A DNA stretch of 62,375 bases, filler included, from Squatina squatina (taxonomy: Eukaryota): assembly GCA_031763465.1 (NCBI GenBank). It is 4 parts of 4 records of this genome, joined end to end, with 100 filler letters (N's around TTAATTAATTAA, not from the genome) between each part and the next. Parts side by side here need not be neighbours in the genome. Positions count along the whole stretch, not along the records: positions 1 to 19,427 come from JARFOE010000234.1; 3 more parts are not named here. One strand, written 5' to 3'. Shown piece by piece: positions 1 to 14,239 of the stretch (the stretch's first letter is position 1; the number at the start of each line of letters is the position of its first letter). A program made the position numbers and the translations under genes. The notes under the pieces are model-generated. The model was not told where the DNA came from and made no database searches. It saw only the letters and a list, made by a program, of their open reading frames with translations.

Positions 1-1659
1 AGCTGATTGGGACGGTTTCAATTTTGACAGAAATCCATGAACTCCTCACAACTGGCATCAGATGTGAGGATAGAGGGGCATCAAAGGGATCAGTTTGTAG
101 CAGAGATAAAGAGTGTAATACCTTTGTTCAGCTCTCAAATATTTAACGCTTGAGGGATACTGTGACATGTGTCAGCAAAGTGACATCTTTAGGCCAAGAA
201 ATTGGTAGTGTTAAACATTTGGCTTAGAAACAAAGTAGCACATTATCCAGCACTTTCAGTCAAACAATTCTAATTGAAGAGGTTTCTAATTGTGATAGAA
301 TCTGTAATTTCTTAGCACTGCCTGAACAAAGAACCCAACAGTATCAATTGGGAGGAGACATCGGAACTGTAATAACACAACTTTGTGAAACAGCACATGA
401 GACCAAAATGTGCAGTAATTTAAAAAGCACACGATCGAAAAGACAATTTTTAAAAGTTTGTTAATACTACATCTTACAATGTTAGCACTGTTGGATATTA
501 TAATTTTAACAAAATAGTAAAATACATGAGGTATGAGAACATAGTAATCAAACAGAATTTCTGCACTTTATTCAATAGTATGATGTCATCAAATTCCAGT
601 TTTTATCATTAAAAAGGACATTTGCTGTCACCCAAAATACACAATTAGCTGACTGCTAATTTAAGTTTTTTGGTAAGATCATTTAAGTACTACAAATCCA
701 CTTTTAATTTTAAAAAGATCACAATTAAATGTAAATAGTGCAAATGATTATTGCAGTATTTGACAGCTAAATTTAAATACAAGTATACATGCATTTTTAA
801 TGCAACTAAAACTGAATGTCATAACTGAAATGGTTTGCTCTGCACAAATGTAAAGATCTTGGGTTAATTGTGTATAAGTAAAATAAATATTGCATAGATT
901 TTACAATAACTGCACAATGTGTGGATATTCTCTACAAAATTATATACATTTAAGTGCTGATGAAGGTTTTCTGATCTGATTTAACCCCGATAACAAGGAT
1001 AGTACTAGGTAAATGCTGTGGGTAAAAAAAAAAAAGTTGAAAATCATTCTTTTTCTAATTTTTCTTTCATCATTTGCAGGTGGAGTACCCTTTTTTATTT
1101 CCCACTTCATTAATATACATTTTTTAAAAAAATGTAATCTCATTAGTCCAACCACTGAAGTGGTTTCAATAATAAAACTACCAGTAAATGTCGTGAGTAC
1201 TTGGGCTGCCTTTCACTGGAACTTAATTGAATTGGTTGAATATTGACCACTGATTACAGTTTTCTGGGATAATTCACCTTTCCATTTTAATTTAAGGGAA
1301 AAGTAGCTAAATATCAGAAAATCTCTCCTTTCCACCCCCTCCCCCGGTCCAAAAAATCACAACGCTCACAGTTACACTTGAAGTGCCTCATAGATGGATT
1401 TGTGGCCAAGTTTATTCTTCTCTGTATTCAGGTAGGATTTGGCAGTAATAAATGGGGAGAAATATCAGACATCATTTCTTTCTGGGGGAGACCATCCTAA
1501 TCTGGTTCATTCTGTGAATTTAAAAACACAATCCTATATTGGAGCTCCGATAAATATAAACCACATGTTGCGGGCTTGTGGTGCATGAGATCTGAATTCC
1601 CTCAATGGACTTACTGTCTTCATTTGTTTACAGATATCTATCAGATCTTCTTAGGAGTT

Positions 1660-1796
1660 TTATGGATAGTTTTTAAGATCAATTATCTGCCGCCTGATTT
1701 GTTTCAAGTCTTTCTGGACCTTTTCTTTGTCCATTTTTATCTTCTTATCACTGATTTCGCTCAGTGAACTGATTGATTCCTTAATGGATTGAAATC
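1660..1796 (-). CDS. FAM81B: FAM81B-like coiled-coil protein, last coding exon
   Basis: Minus strand reads ttctttaacAG|GA TTT CAA, giving (G)FQSIKESISSLSEISDKKIKMDKEKVQKDLKQIRRQIIDLKNYP*. This resembles the recalled FAM81B C-terminus (..SLSSL...KMD..KVQKDLK....I..L). Its phase-1 start matches the upstream exon, and FAM81B neighbours MCTP1 in other vertebrates. Confidence 0.8.
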
Positions 1797-3648
1797 CTGT
1801 TAAAGAAGAAATGTTACATTTCAGATATTGAAATAATTCATCTGAAATACATTTGTTTAATTATCCATAGATATAACAGCACATAATAAAATATTGAGGT
1901 AGACATGTATGTTAAACTCATGACCGGTTGTAAAAAGCAACATTTTAAAAGTTTTGGCCCCACTAAATATTGATATGAAAGACAACTGCGTAATTAAGCT
2001 TTTACTTCAGCTTGACCATTATTGTCTGAGGAAATCATGCTGCCGTGAAATTATTTGACCACTGTAGAAAAAATTGTTGGAAAATAGTTTACGTATACCC
2101 TTTTAATGAGAGAAACTAATTGAACCAATCAACTACTAAAGTTTAATTTTGTATTTGAGGGTAGACCACCTTATATAAATATAGTGGGTATTATGTAAAT
2201 AGATGATTAGCTGGAATTAAAAAAGGTCCTGTCTTGAATTTGTTTTGGACTTGCATATGTCATAAACAAATCCATATAATATCAAATCGGAAGAACATTT
2301 GCCCAGGTTTTGCTGGAGCGGGACATCTTGCAACGTGCCACTCGACTTTTTTAGGTTTTTACTTTTTCTTTTGCCCATGAAGTTGCTGGGATTGCAACTT
2401 GGTAACGTCGCAGCGATGGCAACAGGGAATCTGGGACCTTGGTGAGCAATGAGACAAACTGTGTACGTCAACTACTCAGATTTAAGGACTGAGAAATAAA
2501 CAGAGAAAGAACTGAGCAGTACAGTGAGTTAGAGTGGGTGGATTCAATATCAAATCAAGTACAGAACAAGAAATAAGGAGAAGGAAAGAAAGATTGGATG
2601 GAGAGCAAAATAAGAAATAAATTTCACAACTTAAAATGCCATTTTTTAAATCTCCAAAAATTCATAACCTGAAGTAATGAGACTCCATACTTTTGTTCAC
2701 TTTCTGAACAAGAGGTTAATTGGCAGTCATTAGAAATTTTTGGCCCAGAATTTGTGGTTAGCGGCGAAGCAAAGATGTTCGCCGCTGGCCCCGAAATAAG
2801 CTTCACTCAAAAATCTTACGATCTCTTTTCAAAGTTTGGGTTTTCCAACATGTAATTCTAATTAACATAGTATAGTGGAAATTCCCTGGTGTGAGCCACT
2901 GTGATGCCAATAAGCTGTCTAAGCAGCCAATCATAATGCAGAATTCTCACAGCAAACCAGGAAGTCGGTAAGCTCTTAAAATTCTAACTTTTTAAAATTT
3001 ATGGGAGCAAAACAAAGATTAGAGCGCTCTCATGGGGAAAATGAAAACCTGAAATAGTCAATAAACAAAGTTTCTTAATTTTAAATTTTATTAAAANNNN
3101 NNNNNNNNNNNNNNNNNNNNNNNNNNNNNNNNNNNNNNNNNNNNNNNNNNNNNNNNNNNNNNNNNNNNNNNNNNNNNNNNNNNNNNNNNNNNNNNNNNNN
3201 NNNNNNNNNNNNNNNNNNNNNNNNNNNNNNNNNNNNNNNGTCTTTGTCTTCAAACACACTCTGCCTCAAGCGGCCGAAGGCTGTGCTGGCACACTGGAGG
3301 GACCGTGGAGCACATCATTGAGCACTGCCCTCAGAGGAAATTCGCAGGCAGCCTACAAGATATCCACGCGGTTACGCCGGAAGCTTTGGCCTGGATATCT
3401 GACTTAGATACTGACATTTGATACGAAAGAAAACTGATAGTCAACTCTGTTGCGGGTGGAGGCACAGCGCAGCTGGTGTTGCAGCAGTGAATGGCAGACC
3501 GCAACTTAAGGATTTCTGCATTAGGCTGCGTATGCGCTAAATCCTGAAGGTGTGGTCAGTTTACAAAACATATCCCAGTGGTTAAAAATCTCTCCACTAT
3601 TCTATTATCATACCACCCAAACCAGTTGAAATGAAATAAACTACTCAC

Positions 3649-3844
3649 CTTCTCTGTATTCATTCTTTATGCTTTCTAACTCGTACCAGATCTTCTTCTC
3701 TACTTTGGCAAGTTTTACATTTATCTTCGTTTCAGAGTACTTCATTCTGTTAGAGTCAATATCTAGACTTTGTCTGTCTTCTAGTTTTTCTAGTCTCACA
3801 GAGATGTGGTTAAGTCTCTCTTGTATTTTCTTCTCTGTCAGTTC
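3649..3844 (-). CDS. FAM81B: FAM81B-like penultimate coding exon (196 nt)
   Basis: Acceptor gtttcacAG|GAA, donor G|GTGAGT. Encodes the coiled-coil ELTEKKIQERLNHISVRLEKLEDR...IWYELESIKNEYRE(G). Ends in phase 1 and joins 1660-1796 in frame. Confidence 0.78.
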
Positions 3845-4592
3845 CTGTGAAACAATCATAACTAAGCTAACTGCATATTCAAAAATGTTGTTCCTACTAG
3901 TTGTTCACAGGTTATGCTTTAGTTCAGTACTCTTTAAAATGGATTTGTAGTTTCCATGCACCATTTATAGTGCTTCTCTGAAAGCTACTGGCAGGAAATG
4001 CCTGAGAGCAGCCTAGTAATCACTAGCCTAATTTCCCCTCCCTCCATGTGCTGAAAGGCCAGGTTTCCCTTCACCAGCATGGATGAGTTCAGTAACCCAG
4101 CAATGTGCAAGATCCCATCTGTTCCCACATAATCCATGGAACAGCAGCATCTTGGTGTACTAGGGCACTGCACTGTTAAAATGGTTATTTTTGTTGGAAT
4201 TAAATTGAGTTGCAAATTTAACGTATTTCACAACTTACTAGAATAAAATGCTCTTTATATGTATGTACAGAAAATCATATTTGGGCACCAGTGTTTGAAT
4301 CCAGCTCTTGTTTAATATCCAAAGCATAACATACATCCTTTCTCTATTTTGTAATCGTGTGCTCCCATTGGGAAAGGAAGGAGAAAAGGCAGGAGTCCTA
4401 CAGGAGAATGACAGTACTTCCCACTGACTGATTATGGAGCTACACTCATGGTAGTAGTGGAAGCAGACAGTCTTGCTTATTCTACCTTCCCAGCTGAAGG
4501 GGAAAATCTACTAGAGTAAGGGTGTCCAAACATTTGAATCCATAAACTGCAAGGATATGCACTATGGAAACTTGGGGACGAGTAAAGTTTAA

Positions 4593-5598
4593 GGGGGAGA
4601 AATTCGGGCGCGCTTTGGTTGGGACGTTAACTTTTAAAAGTTGAAAAAATTAGCATTTTCGCTCCAGTAAGTGGAGCGCTAAATCAAGCGCTCCACTTCC
4701 TGGAGCGCAAGAGGCAGCAGGCGGGGCGGCAGGTGTGCAGCGCTGCTGCGTTGGAAGGACCCTTCCCTCCCTTGAAAGGAAGGACCATCGCTGCAGGCTC
4801 TGCAAAAGAAGAACTGAGCTGCACCCCGACGGCAGCCGTGATCTGGACCGATCAGCCGAATGCACTGCAGCAGAGTGCCGGACTGATTGATCGGGGAAAA
4901 AAATTCAGAGAGCATTTAAAAATGACCTTTTTTTACTTACCTCGGCCACCTTGCCTTTAAGCATCGCCCTTTACACGCCCAGCCTCCTGATGAATGCCTC
5001 CTGCAGCTGTCTGTGTTTTCACCTGGGGATGTTGCAGGGGGTGGAATCAAAGTTTGGGTCCGGGGCGCTACCACGGCAATGACGTCATGATCTCTGGGTG
5101 AAGGAGATTGGGGCGCAACACGATACCTCCACCGCAAAACTCCAACCGAATATGGCGGGAGTCAATCTTCTTGCCGCGCCTGGTTGGTCAGNNNNNNNNN
5201 NNNNNNNNNNNNNNNNNNNNNNNNNNNNNNNNNNNNNNNNNNNNNNNNNNNNNNNNNNNNNNNNNNNNNNNNNNNNNNNNNNNNNNNNNNNGCTGCGGGG
5301 GTGCCTTCAGGATGGCCGGCAGCCCTCCCCTTTAAGGGAGGCTGAGCACCGTGTATGATGTCAGTGCACTGCAGCGCATACACAGCGCTCTGAAGTCACT
5401 AGTGTGGCACTGACACCAGCGATGTCACTGGCAGGCCGCCCCAGTTCCAGCCCGGGAGCAAGGCGGACATCACTGTTCCTCGCTCCCGCTGCAGAAATGC
5501 GAATTCCTCGGAGGGCGAGCGTTTTTGAGAGCCGGCAGGAAAAATGCCGGCTCCTGCCTGATACCACCCCAGAAGCGCCCCAGCTGAATTTTGCCCCC
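4593..5598. mobile_element. GC-rich non-autonomous DNA transposon (PIF/Harbinger-like MITE) pieces around a gap
   Basis: Starts taaGGGGGAGAAATTC and ends GAATTTTGCCCCCaat, i.e. inverted termini. The internal part (cagccctcccctttaagggaggc) recurs at 54165-54437. The gap means two elements may be joined. Confidence 0.5.
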
Positions 5599-6522
5599 AA
5601 TTTTCTTTTATTATGCTAGTCTAAGCAGTTGCATAATTCTGCTATGTTGACACTGGTTGTGGGTGGGTTTTGTGAATGGTGTGAAGTACAACCCACTATT
5701 ACTTAATGTGATGACATGAAATGATTTTGAATGAATTGGTTATTCAAGGAATCAAATAGTGGCAGATATATTAGTGTCGCGTACTATCTGTGCCTTGGAA
5801 CACTTTATTCTGATGACAGTGTCGCATGATTTAAAAGAAAGCCAGTGGGACAATTAGCCCAATCATTCATACTATTTAAACTTACAGTGAGGTGATCTTA
5901 ACCTGTTCTATCCCGTGTAGACAGAGCAGCCTCACCACTGAATTTATTCTCCCGATCTGCCTGCTGCCATTTGTGTAAGGTCCTGAGCAGGGCAGCCCAA
6001 GTGCTTGCCTGTTCTGCCATTACAGTGTGCAAATCGGAGTGTTATGACATATATGGGACCCCAATGCAATTTTTAGGTAACAGTGGGTGGAGCGTTTGCC
6101 ACGCACATTCCGCCCATTGCTACCAAGTGTTGAGTGGCTTCACCAGTCCACTGCAAGCTGCTCGCAAAAAAGGTAATTCTCAAAAAGTCTCAACAATTAT
6201 TTGCAATGATTATAATGCATGATTAATGTATGCAAAAATCATCCTACATTTAATATTTCAAAAGATGCGGAGTTATCACGCAAGGCTTTATTCCATGACA
6301 GTTTGATCCCTTTAACTGTGTTTCTTTCTGCCAAATCAGCAAAATTGTATCTTTCATAGCAAAGAAAAATGAAAGATCCTGCTAAAAGTCAAGCTTTTAA
6401 TAAAATGTATTGATTATTCAGAGCAATATTGAAATAATATTCACAGTGAATTGATTGCAGCTGTTAACCTTCAAATACTAAAATAATATTTTTACACTGA
6501 ATTTTCTCTAACCCTATTTCAG

Positions 6523-6665
6523 GAACAAGTGATCCATATGTGAAGTTCAAAATAGCAGGGAAAGAAGTTTTCAGAAGTAAAATTATTCATAAGAACCTGA
6601 ATCCAGTCTGGAATGAAGAAACTTCTCTTCTGATAGAAAACATTGCAGAACCTTTGTACATAAAG
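6523..6665 (+). CDS. MCTP1: MCTP1 internal exon, first C2 domain
   Basis: Acceptor ctatttcAG|GA ACA AGT GAT CCA, donor AAG|GTAGG. Encodes (G)[47 protein letters not shown], the MCTP C2A signature. Confidence 0.9.
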
Positions 6666-8131
6666 GTAGGTAAAACTCGAAATAGCCTATGAGCTGTTGT
6701 TACAGGTTAGAAAACATCAAAGGGGTGAAACCGGACTTGGCCGACAGTGCAAAACAGGCGATAGCAAATCAGCAGCCTGTTTTGTGCCCCGCCTGATTTT
6801 CTTTTCCACTAATGTCAGCAGTAGATGAGCGCAAGGTAAAGTAATGGGCAGGTGAAGTTCGACTTTGGTGGCAATGCTAAATGGGNNNNNNNNNNNNNNN
6901 NNNNNNNNNNNNNNNNNNNNNNNNNNNNNNNNNNNNNNNNNNNNNNNNNNNNNNNNNNNNNNNNNNNNNNNNNNNNNNNNNNNNNTTCAGTTGCACTTTG
7001 CACTGTTGCCTGGAGGGCCTCCTGGCCCTCTGTGGAAATAGGACATCTCCCGACCTATCCATTTCCTGCACCAAGGCTTCCAGTGCTGCATCCAAAAACC
7101 TTGGTGCATGCTCTCTCCCCTGTTGTGCTATCATTAATTGTTGTTCATTATCTTCCCCAGCCAATTCAGTGAACTGTTGAAGGCAGAAAGCAACTCCCTT
7201 TAAGAGGTGCAGACTGCCTTTAAGAAGTGCAGACTAGTTTTAATTGATGCTAGCCTCGCACAAAATTGGGCCCACTGCTGAGCGTTCAGCCACTCAGCGG
7301 TGCATTCAGTGCTGGGCTGAACGCCACAATCATGGAAATGAGCAATCAGCACGAAATTTGCGTGCTACCTGTATTCCTCCAAACAGGCTCACGTTGATTG
7401 CACATCGTGATCCCTGCACCCGTTTTCAGGGGCTAACGAATTTCTAGGTCAATATAGTCTGTTCCATTGCATAGGTGTCTAAAGAAATGATCCTAATTCA
7501 CATTGTTTTCTCTGTAGTAAGAACACACATCAGCAAATCGTTTATTTGCATAAATTGGGTAGTTGTATATTTTACCATCATTTAGTCTCATGATCTAATC
7601 ACATCAACCAAAATGCTTACTGGTTGCACAGACAGGACAGCAGAAAGCTGTCTTTATAAGTTAAAGTACACAGTGACAGACTCTGCTGAGAATTAAGATG
7701 CTTAATCTTTCAGTATCTTGCATCATTTTTATGACTATAAGAAATAATACCTCAAATACCAAAAAGGAAGTTTATATACAAAGGAATTTTATTGCAAGAC
7801 CAGTCTCTTTGTAGTTGAGTTGAGAGTGCTTAATCTCAGTACATTGCAATTAAGAGATAGGGGCACTGCATTGATGTAAGAATACTGTTTGCCGATCTAT
7901 TTAATATCTAATATATAGATGGGACGTTGCAGGAGACAATCACTTCTAAAGGCCAGAATGAGTTATAAATGATAAAGAACTGCTGTAGCCAACCTTGGTG
8001 TTGTGTGCGTATTTTATGCATGCTCTTACAGATATCCATTAGTGAGTTGGCAAACAATAATGTACTGTCAATAATTAGTGATTATGTGAATGTCTGTTAG
8101 TAACTTCCTTTCTTCTACGTGTTCCCCTCAG

Positions 8132-8296
8132 ATACAGAATGCCCGCCTTCTGGAGGCACACAAAAAGGACCAGCTCTGGAGAGGGGTTGTCAGTGTCACT
8201 CTAATCGAGGGCCGGAACTTAAAGCCCATGGATCCAAATGGACTCAGTGATCCATATGTAAAATTCAGAATGGGCTGTCAGAAATACAAGAGTAAG
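8132..8296 (+). CDS. MCTP1: MCTP1 internal exon, start of second C2 domain
   Basis: Polypyrimidine tract plus cAG|ATA, donor AAG|GTAATT. Encodes IQNARLLEAHKKDQLWRGVVSVTLIEGRNLKPMDPNGLSDPYVKFRMGCQKYKSK. Confidence 0.92.
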
Positions 8297-8689
8297 GTAA
8301 TTGAATAATTAAGACAAAATGTTTTAAATAAGTACTTATTCATTCAAAATGCATAATAATGATTTAAAAGCCTTTGTTAAAATTCTGTTCACTGCCCAAC
8401 AATTTAGTAGACAAACTATTATATGTATAATGGGGATAAAATCCTGGCACAAGTGTTCCGTCAATGCCTATCATGATCCTACCACCACAAGGAACAGGGA
8501 CACAAAATAGAACAAAACTACCCCCTGAAGTGCACAAAGTATATTACAAGGAAACTCAAACATATGTGGGACTACTATCAAGGCAATTGGGTTACACAGT
8601 ACATTTACTTAGCTGCTCATCTGATGGGTCATTTAGTAAATGCATCAACTGGTGTGGACTCCGGATTAGTTTCTGGCCTGTGCTGCTCT

Positions 8690-9460
8690 TAACTGTGGCC
8701 ATGATGCCACTGGATCAGTAGGGAGAAGAACATCAGCCAGGATCCCAGCTCCTGATCTCTATTCCCATTGGAAAGTGCATATATGTGGGCATTTAATGAA
8801 GATTGGTTGGGCTCAAAAGTGATGCTGCAGACTCAACAGTCAAATAGTCTACTACCAATCACAGTCCAGACAGTATGGAGAATAGCTACTTGGATGAGAT
8901 GTTAGAGGACATGTGAAACCGTATCCCAGCATGAGTCTGCACCTTAACGAGTGAAGGGGAGAAAATAAGAGGGACACTTAAAAACTTCCTGCTTTTCTTC
9001 AGGGTTTATGACATTATTGAAATCTCTTGAGATCCCTACTTTGTGATCAGTCCCAGATATGCATTATTTTCAATTAATTTAATCCTGACTCTGCCCAGTA
9101 AATGTAAAGTTCATTCATTTACAATAATAAACTCTCCAGTGGCTTAAATAATAAAACAACCACCTGGTCTGCTACTAAGCTATGTTGACCAGAAGGTCCT
9201 AGTCTATCCAACAGTTGGACCACTACAATTGGCCTTGACATTCTTGGATATAAAGGGAGAAAAGTCAGCTGTAATTGCTGCTCCTAATTGATATCCAGTG
9301 ACCCCCCGTCCCCACTGAAAAACATGTGTTTAGATGTAGGATGAGTACATTAGGCTCAACTCATCATACCATGATAAGCACTCGACATTTAGGCTCGGAG
9401 GGGCTGCTGTATCTGCGGAACTGGACCCTAGCATGAGTTTGTCTCTTTAGGAGGCAAGGG
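8690..9460 (+). repeat. Two decayed copies of an old dispersed SINE-like repeat (approx. 8690-8960 and 9190-9460)
   Basis: Shared motifs tcagcc..g...ctcctga/aat..tatccagtgacc, gtcaaatag and cccagcatgagt. Related fragments lie at ~55130-55310 and, inverted, at ~56550-56730. Confidence 0.45.
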
Positions 9461-12400
9461 AAATAAAATGGGGTATTAGTTGTTAATTTTTCAAGAAAAG
9501 AATATGTAGGAATCTTTTAATAAATGTAAAAAAAACTAAAAATACAACGACAGCCAAAATACATAAAATATAGCGACTAAGTAAAATGCCACATGGATTT
9601 TGAATAGCTGTGTGTCTATGTTAATTGGCCCATACCTGCAAATGTAAAGACAGCATAGAAATCATGCTTAGAATGGTAATGAACTTACACCCTCTCCCCA
9701 AAGCAGTGGCAGGCATTTGTTTTTTTTCCCCACACTCTCAAAAAAGTTATTTAACAAAAATGAAATCTGGACCATGCTTACCGCCCTCAGCAAGATATTT
9801 ACCTTCTTAAATGTACTACCAACAGTAACATGATTTCAGGTGTAAACATCTGGTTTCACCAATTATGTGTTTACTTAAGTACCTCCCAGTGCTTGGAAGG
9901 AAGTGAACCTGCTTGAGTCCATGACTAATTCCTACTGGCTGGCAGGCTATGCACTTGTTCAGCCAGAGGAGGGCCTCATGGCATTTTTAAGTTAACAAGT
10001 TTATTAAAAAATGAATGAAGATTTTACATGTTCAAGTCACCAAGCATATGATCCCCCTAAACTTCCCTATTCTGTTGATTTATTTTCAGCAATTATTTCA
10101 CTGTTAATGAGAAAGTAATGTGTTATTAATGGCCATATGTCCTGAATATAATAGCATCACTTCTCCCTCCTCCCAGCCTCAGCTTGTTAGTTAGAATCAA
10201 ACTGACTAGAAATTGTATTAAATGGTAAGCAAGTGATTGTGTTCTCCACACGCCGTCACCTGATTTGTTTGTCTACTTTAAACAGAGAAAATGGATAAAA
10301 GTTCACTAGAACTAATAAGCAGATAATTATAAGAAGACAAAACTGGTAAATTCATTGGTATTAAAACTATCATATGTTATATTTTTTAATATTGACATTG
10401 CTTGCTAATAGTTAAGAAAAAGGTCTGTAACTTATGCATGTTTTATTTTAAGAAATAACTGTATTAAGCTGTTTCCCCCTGCCTTGATTCAGACATTTAG
10501 CTTTCTAGGAATCAGATTTTTGTATAATTGTGGGTGTTAAAACTTTTGGGCAAGCAGTATTGATATGTCCTTGCTATTAAAGTCTTTCATTTGGGCTTTA
10601 ATAAAATATATTTAACCAAAAGTTATGCTTGTTAGTTTTTGTGTGTTTTATTTACAGTTTTGTTATACTACTAGCAAATTGCTGTGCTGCACCGAACGGT
10701 GAATGAAATGAGGCAAGGTTTGAAAGATGAGCAACATTATATGATGGTGGTACATTACCTCTTATCTGCAGCCTTTTGCACAGGAAGCAAAGAGTAGGTA
10801 TAAACGGGTCCTTTTCAGAATGGCAGGNNNNNNNNNNNNNNNNNNNNNNNNNNNNNNNNNNNNNNNNNNNNNNNNNNNNNNNNNNNNNNNNNNNNNNNNN
10901 NNNNNNNNNNNNNNNNNNNNNNNNNNNCCATCATGCAAGACTCTTCACCAAAAGTGCTCACTCTGTAGTGTTTATATTGTCAGTTCTTTGCTGTTCCTAT
11001 AAAATCAATGTTGTAGAGGCACTGTGTGGACTTATTAACAAATCCTTCAAGATTCAAATAAGAAAAATTGAAATTTCTATAGAGAATTGTTCTTACAGTG
11101 GTATCTGATGGGGCAACGTAAAAATAAAGCATGTAGTACAGAGCTTAAATATTTGTATGAAATCCTTTAACCTTTGGTTTCCATAAGCAGGTTTATTACT
11201 GTGGCTTTAATGTGCTGGCTTAAGAGATTTGCTATGATTTCAGTCATGATTTCCTATTTTCAAAAGCTGCCTGATTTCTTGCCTTCCCATCCTATTTTGC
11301 ACTACCCCAGCCCACAGCACCCCAGTAATACTTTTTTTGGAGAGAGTAAGAAGATATGAATCATTAACCAATATTTTATAGTACAGAGCCCTTCTTACAC
11401 AATAATAGATGGATTTAACATTAATTGCAAAGCAAACCTGTAACCACAAAGATTTAAGAATTTTAGTCCCAGGCTTTCCACTTCTGCGCTCACCGACCCC
11501 CAATATTCTGCCAGTTAAAGGGCTGGTGAATGCAGAGGTGGAATAAACCTCAGGTTGGGTCTGTACATGGTAGAGATGACAGAAAACATTTTTTAGTTCA
11601 GTTTTAACATGCTTTATTTAATTTTAAAACAATGAGTAATTAGAGGGAAAAATCAATGTGAAACATTTACTCTGTAGTGTGTCAATTTTAAAGCGACATA
11701 TTTATTTTGGTAATTGACTGTTTCCTCTCTCTAAAGATCTATTCATTTAAAGCTGTCACGTTTATCTATGTTTACTGGTCCAGCTATCTGAGGATTATCT
11801 GTCTCTTAAAAATCAATTGACATTTTCATGGTGACTTGGAAGGTATTAGAATAGTGTCATAGAGTACATGGATCTGAATTGGAATGATATGGTCAATGAT
11901 AGGTGGTACAAATTGTAGTGTTCCTGGATCCGAAACACATATCCAGTAAGCTTTCCAAGATGTTGTTATTGCCTCAGTACTGTGGCAGTTTGCTTGTTAA
12001 AAATACAATCATGATAAAACTAAATACATGCCAAAAACTAATTTTCCTGTTTTATGTTAATTTTCTCAGACGTTAGAAATTCACACAAATATAAAATTCT
12101 CTTTATCTGTTTTACAACTAGACTTGTGTCACACTTATCATTAAACAGGGCCCACAAACTTGCAGCAGAATTACAAAGCTAACTGAACAGAACAATTTTT
12201 AAAAACAACTTCCTGTTAACTTTAGTTGGAGACACCTACACCTACAAATCACAATGTTGCACCCCATTCCTTTCTCAATCTGGTTCTAATAGAACAGAAC
12301 AGATGGATTCTAACATAAAATTACAGGAAGTCACCAAATCATTTGTCCAAGAAATCCAAGCCTGTCTTTTAAATAATTTTTGTAAAAAGCTTCTTTTCAA

Positions 12401-13489
12401 TTTACACAGAATGTTCCATAAGCATAGTTTTCAGTTTGTCTTAAACTGAGAGTCAATAAGTAGCTAATACATGCTTGTAAGTCGCACACTCGGTTCCCAT
12501 AGTCTACCATGCGATCGACAGCGGCCCGGACACTCGTACCTTTATATAGAGGCAGAGAGCATTCGGCTGTCTCTGGGGGTTCGTGTNNNNNNNNNNNNNN
12601 NNNNNNNNNNNNNNNNNNNNNNNNNNNNNNNNNNNNNNNNNNNNNNNNNNNNNNNNNNNNNNNNNNNNNNNNNNNNNNNNNNNNNNTGTTATAAAGGTTC
12701 AGGTTCATTTTCCCGTTTTTGTTCAAAGAGTCACCAGATTAAAATACTCTCAGCATCATAAACCTCTGATAGAATAAGCCCCCGTGTCATTTAAACAGGA
12801 GGAGTGCCTGATGTCACTTTATTCAACTAGGATCAGTAAATACGGAACTGTCTGCCTTGTCACTCAGCGTGATAAAAGCCTGAGTTACGCATCTATTTCA
12901 CAGCAATAGTTTCTTCATAATCAATCACTGCAAATTGCTAATGCCCTAGCACCCGCTGATGTGGGAGAAATTTGTTTACTCTTGTGCTAAAGTGGAGTTC
13001 ATTGCTGAGATGACACTGCCCATTCATCCTGGATTTCTATGGCCAACGTAATTGCGTATGAAGATGTGTTAGTTTGTAGATGTGTTTTTGGCCGGGGGTG
13101 GGGGTGGGTGCGGGTGGAGGATAGCAAGGGAGCAAGGGTTACACACAGTGGTTAACCCTGAAGCATTTTATCTATCAAACAAAGCATCTGCCTGTGGTGT
13201 TTACGGCTGAGAGTGCTGTGTTGATGTGCATATCGGCTAAAACAAGTGGTACATACACTCTGCTTGTCAGCAGGTGTAATTGGATATGTTGAGACTCCCT
13301 CGTTGGATTAATAAAGAATTGTTTTGATTGGAGTGCTTCAGACACCAAATACAAGACTTCCTTTTGCCTTACATTGGTTGTAATTCTGCAATCTGTTACT
13401 TTATGGCGCTTTTACATTAATGAGCTGGATTATTTACTGAATGTTTCTGTCTCTAACATTCCCTTTTGTAGACCAGTGTGGTTTTACCT

Positions 13490-13705
13490 TTTGACCTGGG
13501 CCAATATTTAGGCCTCAGTCAACATCAGTAAAACAGGTTATCTGGTCATTATCACTTTGCTGTTTGTGGGAGCTTGCTGTGCGCAGGTTAACTGCCCTGT
13601 TTCCCACATTACAACATTGCTACACTCCACAAAAGTATTTCATTGGCTGTAAAGCGCTTTGAGATGTCCAGTGGTCATGAAAGGCGCTATAAAAATGCAA
13701 GTCTT
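13490..13705 (+). mobile_element. Deu-domain SINE (SacSINE1-like), 3' half
   Basis: ggccaatattta...tatctggtcattatcac...gtttgtgggagcttgctgtgcgca...gtaaagcgctttg...gaaaggcgctataaaaatgcaag; reverse complement of the copies at 16275 and 53876. Confidence 0.75.
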
Positions 13706-14239
13706 TTTTAATTGAGCTCGTCATGACAGTTAAGATGGAATCAGTTAAACATAATAAAAAGAGCAGCGAAGTGGGATTAGAGCAGGTAGCTCTGGTGATG
13801 GAGATAGCAACTGCACAGGCATGATGGACGGAGTGGCAGTCTTCCATGCATTTCTGTGATTCTATCTACTGAGCTTTGCTTTCCATGACCAGAGAATGTG
13901 GTGGAGTCGATAGTATAACTAAGATCGGCCAGCCCAGTGTTTCTTTTAACAGGTACCACTTTCAAACCAGAACCTGTAATGTAATAAAAATATGCAGCGA
14001 CATGGAGAGATTTACTTTATAGGCATGTAAGATTATTTGCTTCCCTCAGAAAGCAGCAGTTATTTCAGACACGCTATTATGACATCAAAAAGAAATAGTT
14101 ATTTAACTGATGTCACTCAACTGCAATAGAATAATAACTGTTGAAAATTTTACATGACCAAACTACATTTGTTAAATCTTCCTGCAAAACAGGCAGAGTT
14201 ACCAGTTCTATCATGAGGATTTCAATAAAATGTCAGACT

